DNA of 64,000 nucleotides from a virus (taxonomy: Duplodnaviria; Caudoviricetes): positions 959 to 64,958 of the IMG/VR virus record IMGVR_UViG_2693429913_000006; one strand, written 5' to 3'. This document shows positions 47,898 through 57,787 of this stretch, piece after piece. Every line of letters begins with the position of its first letter. Within the stretch, counting starts at the first letter, position 1. The notes beneath the pieces were generated by a model. It did no database searches. It worked only from the letters and a program-made list of their open reading frames with translations, and was not told where the DNA came from. The position numbers were made by a program, and so were the translations under genes.

Positions 47898-49004
47898 TTA
47901 TCCAGCAAATTCATTGCTTTTAGACACTAGGGCATCATTCATCTGTTTCATTTTTTTGTTTAGTTGTTCTGCCCATATTGCTCGCTGTTCCGGGCTAGCT
48001 GGGGTGTAACTTTCACCATTTTTTTCCCTTTCTAATTGTTGAGCAACTGATTTAGGGAGTTTTTGGTCAGCGGTAGTTGTACTTCTCTTTTTCCCCTGTT
48101 TTACAGTTCCTAAATCAACTTTGCCATTATCAGAAGTAAGGTGTTTTCTCTTTTCATAAAACTGTTTTTCATATTGGTCTACATCTTCAATTGTCTGAAC
48201 TTCTGCGGCTTTCCATCTTTTAAGTACGTTTTTTACGTATGCTACAGGATGTGAAGCTTCGCCAAAAACAGCTCTTTCTACAGCAGCTTCTACTAGAGGA
48301 ATAGACATAGATTGGCATAAGTCCGAGATTGTTATTTCTGTATATTTGCTCCCTTTGTTTGGAAAGAAATATTTAAACTTTTCGATCACATCACATACAT
48401 ACATACATACATAAGTATTAAGTACAAAAGCTTTTGTATTAAGTACTAAAGTACTATCATCCTGACTTTCCGTATCCGGGTTTCCCGTATCCGGATTTTC
48501 AGGATGTGGGGCCTTTTTCTCATTTTTTTCTTTATCCTGACTTTCCGTATCCGGGTTTTCAGGATGTGGAACCTTCTTTCTTTTTCCTTTCCCATCAGTC
48601 ATGACAAAATACTTGGTTCCCTCTTCTTTCAGAGCGTTTTCGAGAGATTCCAATTCCATTTTTACTTCTTCGGTGTTATCGCTGAATATGTAGTAAATCT
48701 TGCTAAACTTATTGTTTTCATCGATTGTCCTGACACGACGGATGTAACCATAACGCTCTAATTCATTTGCGACATTAAAATGAGCATCTCTTCCATTTGC
48801 CGACTTTTCCGTTAGCTTTAGTAGCTCTATCTTTTTGGCTTTCTCAGAGTCGTAATACTTTTCTTCGGATATGATGACAGTTAGAAGCCCCTTTGCTTGC
48901 AATGTAATCCGTGCGTCCTGTATGAATGAGTCATCCAATGTAGTGTGATTTCTTCGTCTTGCGTTGATCCATGTTTCGTTTTTGCTCATAAGAAAACCCT
49001 CCAA
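47898..49004 (-). CDS. phage-plasmid replication initiator (N-terminal HTH, C-terminal DnaD-like domain)
   Basis: D.RITLQAKGLL..I.S, S.NGRDA....NELE.YGYI.R; PENPDT repeats; AYV..VLK.W....VQT.EDV. Confidence 0.85.
   Translation of the reverse strand: MEGFLMSKNETWINARRRNHTTLDDSFIQDARITLQAKGLLTVIISEEKYYDSEKAKKIELLKLTEKSANGRDAHFNVANELERYGYIRRVRTIDENNKFSKIYYIFSDNTEEVKMELESLENALKEEGTKYFVMTDGKGKRKKVPHPENPDTESQDKEKNEKKAPHPENPDTGNPDTESQDDSTLVLNTKAFVLNTYVCMYVCDVIEKFKYFFPNKGSKYTEITISDLCQSMSIPLVEAAVERAVFGEASHPVAYVKNVLKRWKAAEVQTIEDVDQYEKQFYEKRKHLTSDNGKVDLGTVKQGKKRSTTTADQKLPKSVAQQLEREKNGESYTPASPEQRAIWAEQLNKKMKQMNDALVSKSNEFAG
48459..48569. repeat. intragenic iterons (probable origin of the phage-plasmid)
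   Basis: ATCCTGACTTTCCGTATCCGGG twice, CCGTATCCGG three times, TTTTCAGGATGTGG twice. Confidence 0.8.
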
Positions 49005-49068
49005 TGATTTTTTATTGGAAGGCTACCTGTTACCACTTTCTACTCATCTTCAATTTCTACCCTTTTTA

Positions 49069-49097
49069 TTGACATGATGTATGTATATGATTAGAAT
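49069..49097 (+). promoter_or_regulatory. sigmaA promoter antisense to the rep leader
   Basis: TTGACA-17 bp-TAGAAT. Confidence 0.75.
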
Positions 49098-49103
49098 AAG
49101 GGT

Positions 49104-49203
49104 ATACAATTTAAATATATGACTGAAAGGACCGCCAAAGTCTTACAGTCTTCTGAGTAAGAAAGTGATCTTTTAGGGAGCCAACCAGAAAGATCGCTTT
49201 TTT
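49104..49203 (+). ncRNA. candidate countertranscript RNA controlling rep
   Basis: ~100 nt: GACTG..GGAC-CGCCAAA-GTC..CAGTC stem, then AAAGTGATCTTTT..AGAAAGATCGCTTT terminator with T-tract. Confidence 0.6.
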
Positions 49204-49387
49204 GCGTTTCTTTGACAAAATTATAGCTTATTCTACAACTCTCGTCTACAAGATATTAAGTAGATTGCTAGAATTGGAATACTGTGGAATAGTTGTAGTC
49301 TTGAAAATTTTAAGTCTTGAAACCCGGTTCAAAGGCGATCCTGTGTGTAATGGATCGCCTTTTTTTCTGTGATTTCTTCTTGTTGTT

Positions 49388-49612
49388 ATGTAATCGTACG
49401 ATAACATATATATACCAACGTGTCTAGCCATTTATGAATTTAATTTATGAAATTCGTTTATAAATTTGTAATCTCATGATTACAGTTGGTAATAAAGGGG
49501 TTTCGGAAATAACAAAAAATTCTGTTTGACTTTATGTAATCGTGCGATTACAATGGGGTTGCAGGTTAGGGAAATTCGGTTGTTGAGGATTACATAAGGC
49601 GATTTGTAATCC
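49388..49612. repeat. parC-like palindromes TGTAATC-N4-GATTACA overlapping the parM promoter
   Basis: Copies at 49389, 49467, 49535, half-sites at 49587/49605; TTGACT(49526)-17-TACAAT(49549). Confidence 0.7.
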
Positions 49613-49659
49613 CCTTTCAAGCGATTTCTATAAAACATACAAAAGGGGTTAGTATAAAA

Positions 49660-50790
49660 ATGGAAAAACGTATAATTGGCGTGGACAATGGAAACAACTT
49701 CGTGAAAGTGGTTGCAGGTGGACTGAAAAATCGTTACTCTTTTTCAAATATCATAGCAGCAGCGGCCGAACATCGAATTATAGCAGGCGATGAAGGTAGC
49801 GATCCACTAGATACGTTACATTATCGAGTATGTAGCCCAGCATTAGGCGAGGGGAATAGGGTCTATGTGTCGGGGAATCTTGCAACAGGCTCTGTTCATC
49901 TCAAAAATGAGATCGGAGTTCAACGAAAAAAATATAATAACGATCAAATCTTGATTCATGCTCTCCTTTCCATTGCTATTGATGCTGCCGAAACGCTGGA
50001 AGTTAATGAACATGGATATATTGATGCATCGGGCTATATGCTCGCGACAGGTTTACCCCTGAATGAAGTTGATAAAAAAAGTGAGTTTCGAAAGCGTCTG
50101 ACGGATCACGTACATGAGATTCAGTTTCTCCAAGTGAACAAGTACGCCGGGAAACGCGTTAAAATTCGGTTAGACGATGTAGCAATATACACAGAAGGTC
50201 CGACGGGAGCTATGGATTTATCTGAGCCGGATGATGACAATGTAAATGCTCTCTATCCAAATATGCAGAAACAACATGTTTTACTTGTTGATATTGGAGG
50301 GGGGACCACCGAGGGAGCAATTTTGAAAAAAGGCAGAGTAGATAGTTTGAATTCGGTTGGGAAGAGTTTCGGAGCTTCTGTTATTATGGATCGGTTGATT
50401 GAGGAAATTTTCAAGCGCGACGAAGTGCAAATCCAAACCCGACAACAATTAATAAATGAGATATACGGGAAAGAACATCCTAATAAGGTTATGATTCGGG
50501 GAGTGGCTACCCCTGTTATGGAATATGTCAAAGACGAAATGGAAGGCTTAGCAAGTCGTATATACTATGAGATTGTTGACGCTAGTTGGAAGAAGGTAAC
50601 GGATTTACAAACAACTATTTTTATCGGTGGTGGATCGATTTTGTTGAAAGAATGCTTGGAGAAAATCAACCAAAGCAATCCACACCCATTAGGAATGGAG
50701 TTTCTTAAAGGTGAGGACTCAATATGGATTAACGCAAGAAGTTATTACAAGTGCGCCCGAATCAAACAAAGTAAGAGTGTAGGAGTGTAG
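49660..50790 (+). CDS. parM: ParM/StbA/Alp actin-like segregation ATPase
   Basis: IGVDNGNNFVK, ATGLP, EG, VDIGGGTTE, FIGGGS, NARSY. Confidence 0.92.
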   Translation: MEKRIIGVDNGNNFVKVVAGGLKNRYSFSNIIAAAAEHRIIAGDEGSDPLDTLHYRVCSPALGEGNRVYVSGNLATGSVHLKNEIGVQRKKYNNDQILIHALLSIAIDAAETLEVNEHGYIDASGYMLATGLPLNEVDKKSEFRKRLTDHVHEIQFLQVNKYAGKRVKIRLDDVAIYTEGPTGAMDLSEPDDDNVNALYPNMQKQHVLLVDIGGGTTEGAILKKGRVDSLNSVGKSFGASVIMDRLIEEIFKRDEVQIQTRQQLINEIYGKEHPNKVMIRGVATPVMEYVKDEMEGLASRIYYEIVDASWKKVTDLQTTIFIGGGSILLKECLEKINQSNPHPLGMEFLKGEDSIWINARSYYKCARIKQSKSVGV

Positions 50791-50794
50791 GGGA

Positions 50795-51214
50795 ATGGTT
50801 CGAAAGAAGAAAGAAATTGAGGATTTAAAAAGAGGGGACCCGGTTACATTCCGGGTTCCCAAAGATATTGGAGACGACGAATTGGCGTATTTGAATGCGT
50901 CCCGAAAAATCGAAGGGAATCCGTATGTGTCGAGACTTGTTCTAGAGACAATACGCCAAAAAGTAAGGGAGAATGAGATGCGGATTCCGTTAGATCGTCC
51001 CCTGACAGCAGAAGAGCAGCGTATTTTCAACATACCGGAGGTAAAATCCATTATTAAAAATATGGCTATGGCTTGCTTGAGAGATGAACCAGTACAACTA
51101 GGTTTCATAGGGAATACCCCTAAAAGAGAGGATTCCGCTATGATATCAGATGTTACAGGATATAGACCTAAAAATGAGAGTTCTTACGATTTGTTAAGTG
51201 ATTTAGAAGGATAA
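50795..51214 (+). CDS. ParR-like adaptor
   Basis: Directly downstream of parM; N-terminal VTFRVP RHH-like strand, acidic tail. Confidence 0.7.
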   Translation: MVRKKKEIEDLKRGDPVTFRVPKDIGDDELAYLNASRKIEGNPYVSRLVLETIRQKVRENEMRIPLDRPLTAEEQRIFNIPEVKSIIKNMAMACLRDEPVQLGFIGNTPKREDSAMISDVTGYRPKNESSYDLLSDLEG

Positions 51215-51361
51215 TATGTTATTCTTAAAAAGAAACATGTGTATGAAAAGAGCATTTAAACAGGACGAAAAACCCGCTTCTCGTAATGAGATAGCGGGTT
51301 TTTTCTTTGCAGGTTAGAGGAAAGCCGATGATAAGGATTTTCTCTAACCCTAAGTATATCA

Positions 51362-51994
51362 TCATTTTGATTGCGATTTACGATTTCGTTTTGGTTTCAA
51401 ACCTGCTGCGAGTACAAAATCAGTCCAAGAGCCAAAGTGATATATTCCCTTTCGTGAAAGAGGTTCCGGAACGTCTTTTATCATTGGTGATTCTGTATTG
51501 TTGTCTTTGGCCCATTGCTGGAGTTCTTCGATCAATACTTGATGAGAAAGGTCTTTTGAGTGAAAACTAGTTTTTTTATCCCTTGGCTTGATAGGAACAA
51601 AAGTGATTTTTTCCTCAAATAAATCCTCAATATCGCAATTAAAAACCTCTTTTAGATAATAAGCGGCCTCTAGTGACGGAACAACACCATTTCCCAAGTA
51701 TTGACTTACTAATGGACGGGAAAGACCCCCCGCATCGGCAAGATTTTTTCGTGGAATTCTGGTCCCGTCTATCTCTATTTGTAACAAAATTTGTTTCAAT
51801 CGGTTTGTTAACTTAACGTGCATTTCGTTCTCTGATGATAATAAATCAAAGTTTGGCGTAAATCTATCAAGCTTCTTAGGGCCTAATAATTGGCGGAGGG
51901 ATTGCAGAAATTCTAGTTCATCCGTTTTATTTTTGGTTCCGTCAAAAGAGGATATACGCTTTTCGATTTCCATAAGGGCCTGTTTTCGTGACAT
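51362..51994 (-). CDS. XRE-type HTH regulator with C-terminal homing-endonuclease-associated repeat (probable repressor)
   Basis: NRLKQIL..RKNLADAGGLSRPLVSQY..PSLEAAY.L..VFNC.IEDLF; YHFGSW.DF..AAGL; divergent from early genes. Confidence 0.75.
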   Translation of the reverse strand: MSRKQALMEIEKRISSFDGTKNKTDELEFLQSLRQLLGPKKLDRFTPNFDLLSSENEMHVKLTNRLKQILLQIEIDGTRIPRKNLADAGGLSRPLVSQYLGNGVVPSLEAAYYLKEVFNCDIEDLFEEKITFVPIKPRDKKTSFHSKDLSHQVLIEELQQWAKDNNTESPMIKDVPEPLSRKGIYHFGSWTDFVLAAGLKPKRNRKSQSK

Positions 51995-52157
51995 GTATCA
52001 TTTCTCCTTAAAGGTCGTTGATTGAGTTTATTATATGTAATTTAAGTCAATTAATCAACAATAAATAAATTAATGATTATATAATTGACAAATTAAGTTT
52101 AAATATATAAAATAAAAAATGTACCAGAGTACACCATACAAAGGAGAAGGACCTGAT

Positions 52158-52549
52158 ATGTATTTTAAAAATGCTCGCCACGAAAGATTATTTCACACCA
52201 TTGTAGGCGGCTTTGAGGATTGGCAACAAATGGATAGAGAGTGCCTATCATGTGCGTATGCGTTTTCGGCGACAGAGAAGACGGAAATAAAATCCTTTTT
52301 CGACAAAAAGGGAATCGAAGTAGAGAAATTGAAAAAAGCATCCCATCTAAGTGGTCGACTTCTGAAATGGCTTTGATTGAATTAGGCTTTCAGTTATTCA
52401 AAAGTAGGTATCACAGTTTTCGTGATGAAAATAATTTAATTACTGATATCATGTGGAGTATGGATGAAGAGAATACGAAAGTTGTTATGTGGGCGTTGAC
52501 AATGCGCTATTCAACTGGAGGGATAAACATATGGAAATTAAACAAATGA
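52158..52549 (+). pseudogene. DUF6075-like gene split by a frameshift at an A6 run (52332-52337)
   Basis: MYFKNARHERLF...AYAFSA in one frame continues as WSTSEMALIELGFQLF in the -1 frame. Confidence 0.6.
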
Positions 52550-52950
52550 CAGTCGCCGAAGTGAATCAATATGAGCCTAGCTTTGACCAAGTAATTAATA
52601 CTCTCAAGAATTGGGGTTATTCGGATGAATTGGAAGAAGCGTTTGTAACAGTAGCGAATGATGAGAGAGCATACAACAACGCAGTAGCTTCAATCCATCT
52701 ACATAAAACAATAGATGGACGTGTCATAGGTCGTATTCACTATGAACTAGGCACTACCGTGAAGGGCAAATATATGTCACTACTCATCCATGCAAGAGGA
52801 AATGAAGAGCTTGAAACGTATTACAAACAAAAGATAGCAGAATACGACGATGACAGTGTAAGTTATGACGGTTATATACAAATTGATGACGAGGATACAA
52901 GTTCTATACACAATACTTTAGAAGAATGGGGTATAAAAGTAGTGGTTTGA
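52531..52950 (+). CDS. hypothetical protein (start MEIKQM)
   Basis: GGAGGG RBS. Confidence 0.6.
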   Translation: MEIKQMTVAEVNQYEPSFDQVINTLKNWGYSDELEEAFVTVANDERAYNNAVASIHLHKTIDGRVIGRIHYELGTTVKGKYMSLLIHARGNEELETYYKQKIAEYDDDSVSYDGYIQIDDEDTSSIHNTLEEWGIKVVV

Positions 52951-53067
52951 AATGGTTAAGGAAGGGATGTCCCCCTTCCTTCTTCTATTTATTATATAGG
53001 GAGGATTATTAGGAATAATGTAGTAGTGTAATTGTAAACAGCCATCCCCCTATAAGGAGAGTTCGAA

Positions 53068-53469
53068 ATGGAGCAAGCAGAAAATGATTTAGTAGTCTTC
53101 GATCCAGAGGTTACGGAGTCGATCCAGCAGTACAAGCAATCTTTCACCAAAAAAATGATTCTCCACAAATGGAAAAGAATAGGAAAAAGAACGAGAGCAG
53201 CATATCAATTGCCAACAGCAGAAAAACGAAGATTGTTAGAAGATGCATATACCGATCTGAAAGAACTTATTTATGATTCGTACTATGAAGACTTTGATAA
53301 AGAGCGAACGGAAGTCCAGTTATGCGGTTGGTTTGGCCACTGTGGTTGGGTATCCAATCAATTAGAAAGGCGTCCCGATATGGTGTCATGGTTAGAGCTA
53401 CAACAGTTATTTATCCAGTTGGAAGCTGAGAATCTACTACAAATAGACGAAAGAGGATGCCTAGTATAG
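53068..53469 (+). CDS. hypothetical protein
   Basis: AAGGAGAG RBS, 133 aa. Confidence 0.6.
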   Translation: MEQAENDLVVFDPEVTESIQQYKQSFTKKMILHKWKRIGKRTRAAYQLPTAEKRRLLEDAYTDLKELIYDSYYEDFDKERTEVQLCGWFGHCGWVSNQLERRPDMVSWLELQQLFIQLEAENLLQIDERGCLV

Positions 53470-53566
53470 CGCATCCTCTTATTTTATTAAAAATAAAAAA
53501 CATTGTTTATATGTTGACTAATTTATTTAAAATATATATAATAAGAATATAAGGAGGTGAGAACAA

Positions 53567-53692
53567 ATGAGCAAAGATCACAAGCCTTTACAGAATAAAA
53601 AAGAGTGGGACAAAAAGTCCACTCAAGAGCAACAAGCGTATCTTGATCGTCAAAAAGAAATCGCAAAAGAGCAACAGCGCAAAAGTAAGTAG
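53567..53692 (+). CDS. 41-aa charged peptide (not in ORF track)
   Basis: TAAGGAGGTG RBS, own TTGACT-17-TATAAT promoter and downstream hairpin. Confidence 0.6.
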   Translation: MSKDHKPLQNKKEWDKKSTQEQQAYLDRQKEIAKEQQRKSK

Positions 53693-53976
53693 TCATTAGT
53701 CGATTTAGGAGGGTCTAGCCACCCTCCTAAATAAAAGAAAAATTCTATTACCATCATTATACTATTCCAGAGGGAGAGATTACAATGAGTCAGATTTCAC
53801 CCCCCTTTACAGATGAAATGATGAATCATCCAGCTTGTGAAAGAGTGGTTCATGAAGAAGGTACAGACACAGTTATTGCGATTGATTATTTGTTTCCGAA
53901 TTCATTTAGTATCTAACAAAAGGATTACTCCTATTAGCATTAGGGGTAATCCTTAATGATATAGGAGGCATGACAG

Positions 53977-54237
53977 ATGGTGAGCGGAATTAAAAGAGTA
54001 GTCAAAGAATTAGAGTCCGAGATTCAGCGATTGGAAGGTTTGAAAAGTGGTTTCGATACTGAACAAAGTAGTTTTACATTTAATGGAGTTATTGAAAACT
54101 GTATCATTGGCCGCGTGATTGATGGGGCAATGGTGTATGATCATATCAACCAGATTGATTCGAAGATACAACAGAAACGGGCCGCAATCAAAGCATTAAA
54201 CGATGGTTTATCAAAGGAGGTTGATTACAATTCATAG
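53977..54237 (+). CDS. hypothetical protein
   Basis: AGGAGG RBS. Confidence 0.55.
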   Translation: MVSGIKRVVKELESEIQRLEGLKSGFDTEQSSFTFNGVIENCIIGRVIDGAMVYDHINQIDSKIQQKRAAIKALNDGLSKEVDYNS

Positions 54238-54874
54238 ATTACGAATAGGTGACATCCATCCATTGTGGACGTTTCCCTCTAATCTAAAAGGTGTTTATAG
54301 TAAAAGAGGGATTATCACCACTTACATTTGTAACAACTTAGTTTACCTGTATATAACAGATGGTGAGCCGGATATCCCGCTAGGTACAGAGGTATATATC
54401 CATGTCCGAAGGTTCTTTTATTATGAGACAGAACAAGAGTATACGGACCGTCTGGAACAAGAAGCAAGGCGCAAAAAGGCAACAGAAGAAGAGGAAAAGC
54501 AAGCGAAGATAAGGAGGGCGGAGCGGTCACGCAAGGTGAGAACAGAAGCCGAAGAATTTAACGCCAGTCTCAAAATACCTGTTTTATGGACATCTGGTAT
54601 AAAGGATGTTTTAAGCGGCCTAAGTGCTAATTCTTGGGGAGATGGTCGAAAGAGTTCCACCGTTGAGCACATTCTTCTTTTAGAAGATATCAACGAAGGG
54701 AGATTTAAACGATTAAAAGGTGACTTTCTTTGTACTACTTCTAAGGGTTCAAACGGTAGGAATTGGAGTGGTAGCAAGGAGGAAACGAGGACGGATGATG
54801 ACGGGATTACCTATGTTCCGAAAATTACTTGTAGGGCCTGCTTAAAAGTCGCCGCTAGATGGCAAATGAACTGA
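54203..54874 (+). CDS. hypothetical protein with C-terminal His/Cys cluster
   Basis: SGLS.NSWGDG, TV.HI.L, LC, TC..CL. Confidence 0.65.
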   Translation: MVYQRRLITIHRLRIGDIHPLWTFPSNLKGVYSKRGIITTYICNNLVYLYITDGEPDIPLGTEVYIHVRRFFYYETEQEYTDRLEQEARRKKATEEEEKQAKIRRAERSRKVRTEAEEFNASLKIPVLWTSGIKDVLSGLSANSWGDGRKSSTVEHILLLEDINEGRFKRLKGDFLCTTSKGSNGRNWSGSKEETRTDDDGITYVPKITCRACLKVAARWQMN

Positions 54875-54891
54875 TATAATCAGATTACTAT

Positions 54892-55209
54892 GTGGAACGA
54901 ACGGAGGAATGGTCTGAGATGTCTAATCAAAAGAAGGACAAGGAGTACGACTTAAATCAGATTGGTGATATGGTCACTCAATTAATATCTATGGTATCCA
55001 GTATGAAAGAGGAAAACATGAAACAGTTCGTAAAAGTCGATGAGCGGTTAAACAACGTGGAATTAAAAGTGGATGGAATTGAAGATAAATTATTGTCTCT
55101 AGTTGATAGCCACTATGACAAGGCGCAGGAACTGGACCGCAAGATTGACCGTAAGATTTGGGAAGTTAAGTCGGCAGTTGCAAAGCAGACAGAAGCAAAA
55201 AAGCAATAG
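54892..55209 (+). CDS. coiled-coil hypothetical protein
   Basis: Heptad-rich. Confidence 0.55.
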   Translation: MERTEEWSEMSNQKKDKEYDLNQIGDMVTQLISMVSSMKEENMKQFVKVDERLNNVELKVDGIEDKLLSLVDSHYDKAQELDRKIDRKIWEVKSAVAKQTEAKKQ

Positions 55210-55334
55210 TGTTACTTTCTAAGCTGGATTCTTATGGAGTCTAGCTTTTTTATATTCTACTGTAAAAACTACTGTAAAAAATTGAAAGTTATATATATCT
55301 TTATATCAGGGTAATATTATTATGGTGATAAATA

Positions 55335-55733
55335 ATGAAACCATACTATGATACGAAAGTCGAAATTGAGATACTAGAAACAACGCTAGAAAGATTAGAG
55401 CTAGATTACAAATGGTGGCAAGGACAATTAAACCCCTCTAAGCACCCTCCACATATTCCATTGAATGAGTGCGTGGAGAATATGCGAAGGATTGGCAAGC
55501 GAATTAATACTTATACCGATTTGTTAGCCCTCCAATACAAGTTAAAAGAAGACATAGAGAAATTGATGTCTACTTATCAAGGAATTGAGGGTAAGATTCT
55601 CTATTATCGAGAAGTTAAAGGAATGACTTTGAAACAAATAGCCGAAAATCTAGGCTATAGCTATGCTTACATAAGAAATATTAATAGTCGGCTAAACAAG
55701 AAGATGACAATTAGGATACAATCCTGTTCCTAA
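55335..55733 (+). CDS. late transcriptional activator (ArpU/RinA-like, sigma70 r4-type HTH)
   Basis: KILYYREVKGMTLKQIAENLGYSYAYIRNINSR; upstream of the packaging module. Confidence 0.75.
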   Translation: MKPYYDTKVEIEILETTLERLELDYKWWQGQLNPSKHPPHIPLNECVENMRRIGKRINTYTDLLALQYKLKEDIEKLMSTYQGIEGKILYYREVKGMTLKQIAENLGYSYAYIRNINSRLNKKMTIRIQSCS

Positions 55734-55870
55734 ATCCGTGTTATAATGTTAGTAGGGATTACTGTAAACAAAAAAGGGTCTAGCATTGAAATTGCTAGAC
55801 CCTTTATATATTGTATAATGGATATGGTAACGGAGTAGGTCGCAACTACCCCGCTAATTAAAACCTGTCT

Positions 55871-56371
55871 TTAATTTAACGTCTTTGGCTCTCTACCTTT
55901 AACAGTAGTGGAGCCAAATTTTTTGCGCTTTTTTTCCATAGATAAAGAGCCGCGGCGTTTTTTGTAAGGAGTAGGGGACCAATACCACCGCCCTTGTTTC
56001 TTGCTGAGACGGAACCCTAGCCTGATTAACTCATCTGTAAACGGTTTGGCTAGTTCGTCATCAATCCAAATCCATTCGCCGATGATCTCGATTTCAATAG
56101 GAAGATGTATTAAGTCCATGATAATAGCCCGTAGCTTTTCATCGATTTCCTGCTCTTCTTCTTCCGAACGTTGGTACTGGGATTCCTTCGGCTGGTCTGC
56201 TTCATGTCTTCCTAGATTTTTTTTCAGTTCTTCATACTCATTGTTGACGGTTGCCATCGCTTCTTCTGACCCGCCTTTGTCTGGATGATTCTTCATCGCT
56301 AACATGCGGTATTGCTTGCGTAATTCCATTAAAGATGAAACAGGTGTTGAAAAGTAAAAGTAGTTTGTCAT
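55871..56371 (-). CDS. DnaJ/J-domain protein
   Basis: ELRKQYRMLAMKNHPDKGGSEEAMATVNNEYEEL (HPD motif); IEIIGEWIWI C-domain. Confidence 0.88.
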   Translation of the reverse strand: MTNYFYFSTPVSSLMELRKQYRMLAMKNHPDKGGSEEAMATVNNEYEELKKNLGRHEADQPKESQYQRSEEEEQEIDEKLRAIIMDLIHLPIEIEIIGEWIWIDDELAKPFTDELIRLGFRLSKKQGRWYWSPTPYKKRRGSLSMEKKRKKFGSTTVKGREPKTLN

Positions 56372-56547
56372 ATGTGATCGTCTCCTTATGATGTGATGTA
56401 ACTGGTGTACATTCGTTATTATGTATAGTTAAAATAAATTAGTCAATAGTTTATTTGTGTTTTTTTATTTATACTTGATAAATTTACTTTAATTATATAC
56501 AATAAATATGTAACCAGTTACATCACATCATAAAGGAGAGGTTTTCT

Positions 56548-56838
56548 ATGTTGAGCGATCAAGAGATAGTCGATATTCTAAAAGGTACAAAAAAGATGAC
56601 ATTTACGAAAATAGTTGAGGTTGAGCCGGAATGTTTTTCAGATGATATTCTCTCATGGTTGAAGTCGAAGGATTTGAAAATGACACGAGATCAACTTTCT
56701 ACATGTATTGAAATGATGGAGGATTTTTTACACACAGAAATATGTGACAATGATTTAGGTGGAGCTGTTGAGTGTTATGTGGATGTAACTTTAAGTGAAA
56801 TGAATTTGTCTTGCGCTCAAGAAATGGGGGAAGAATAA
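56548..56838 (+). CDS. hypothetical acidic protein
   Basis: AAAGGAGAGG RBS after the repeated leader. Confidence 0.6.
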   Translation: MLSDQEIVDILKGTKKMTFTKIVEVEPECFSDDILSWLKSKDLKMTRDQLSTCIEMMEDFLHTEICDNDLGGAVECYVDVTLSEMNLSCAQEMGEE

Positions 56839-57050
56839 TGAAGGCTAGTGAAAACTTTGTCATTCTATCCTCGTATAACAATGATGTTAAAATTCGCACC
56901 TGTGATCTATGGCATATACTTGTGAGATATTACGATTATATCTCTACATGGGAATTTCTAGATGAGTATACCTTCGAGGACGCGCGTTATATAGAGATGT
57001 ATGCAGAGGATGAAGGTTTTGAAATAGAGTTGTTGGACAACAGAATATAA
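56838..57050 (+). CDS. hypothetical acidic protein
   Basis: TAATG coupling, GGGGGA RBS. Confidence 0.55.
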   Translation: MKASENFVILSSYNNDVKIRTCDLWHILVRYYDYISTWEFLDEYTFEDARYIEMYAEDEGFEIELLDNRI

Positions 57051-57100
57051 AAGAACAGGATGCATCTTGTAGGCGAGATGCATCCTGTTCTTTTATATTC
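57043..57100. terminator. long palindromic bidirectional terminator
   Basis: GAATATAAAAGAACAGGATGCATCT..AGATGCATCCTGTTCTTTTATATTC. Confidence 0.75.
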
Positions 57101-57199
57101 TACTTCTTTTATTATATATAATATATATTGACTAATTTATTTTAAATGTATATAATAAAAATGTACCCAGTTACATTACACATTTTAGGAGTGGTTAAT

Positions 57200-57436
57200 A
57201 TGACAGAACGTGAAGAGCTACAAAAGCGATACAATGAGTTAGAAAAAAGTCTTGATAGTAAGATCACTATTTACAACTGGTGTAAGGGTCTTATTGTATT
57301 TGGAAGCAATCTTGACACAAAAGCAAACGCTAAAATGAAGATGCTTGAACTTGAACCCATCATTGAGGAACAAGGCAAAGAGTTTGAAGAGATCGAGAAA
57401 CAACTATCTTTCTCCAAACGAGGTGAATCCCTATGA
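57200..57436 (+). CDS. coiled-coil hypothetical protein (start MTEREEL)
   Basis: AGGAGTGG RBS after the repeated leader. Confidence 0.6.
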   Translation: MTEREELQKRYNELEKSLDSKITIYNWCKGLIVFGSNLDTKANAKMKMLELEPIIEEQGKEFEEIEKQLSFSKRGESL

Positions 57437-57690
57437 TGGATAAACCTATAGTACGGTATTGTTACAATGTATCTTTCTATGGTGAACCCTCTCGAAAGTT
57501 CTATCTGGATGTTACAAAGGATGGTATGTATATGTACTATGAAGCAATGACAAAAAGGAAGGTGTTCGGTGGTACGGGATGGAATACGCATGAGGGATTT
57601 GAAGAAGCACAACGACGGTTTAGTAATTGTTTTGTAAATCGTGGGATGAGAGTGAAGAAGATTGATTTGTACCATACAGAAGAGTTATAA
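57433..57690 (+). CDS. hypothetical protein
   Basis: GAGGTG RBS, ATGA coupling. Confidence 0.55.
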   Translation: MMDKPIVRYCYNVSFYGEPSRKFYLDVTKDGMYMYYEAMTKRKVFGGTGWNTHEGFEEAQRRFSNCFVNRGMRVKKIDLYHTEEL

Positions 57691-57787
57691 GCAATCGAAG
57701 AAGCCTGCAGGAATCATTCCTGCAGGCTTCTTCTTGTACCAGTTATATCCACATAAAGGATAGAACTTAAACAGTATATCATATTAT

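Noticed and set aside
52325-52345. Programmed -1 frameshift in the DUF6075-like gene
   Set aside because: Phase is G AAA AAA G, not a canonical X XXY YYZ heptamer; a lost A in a homopolymer (mutation or sequencing error) is simpler
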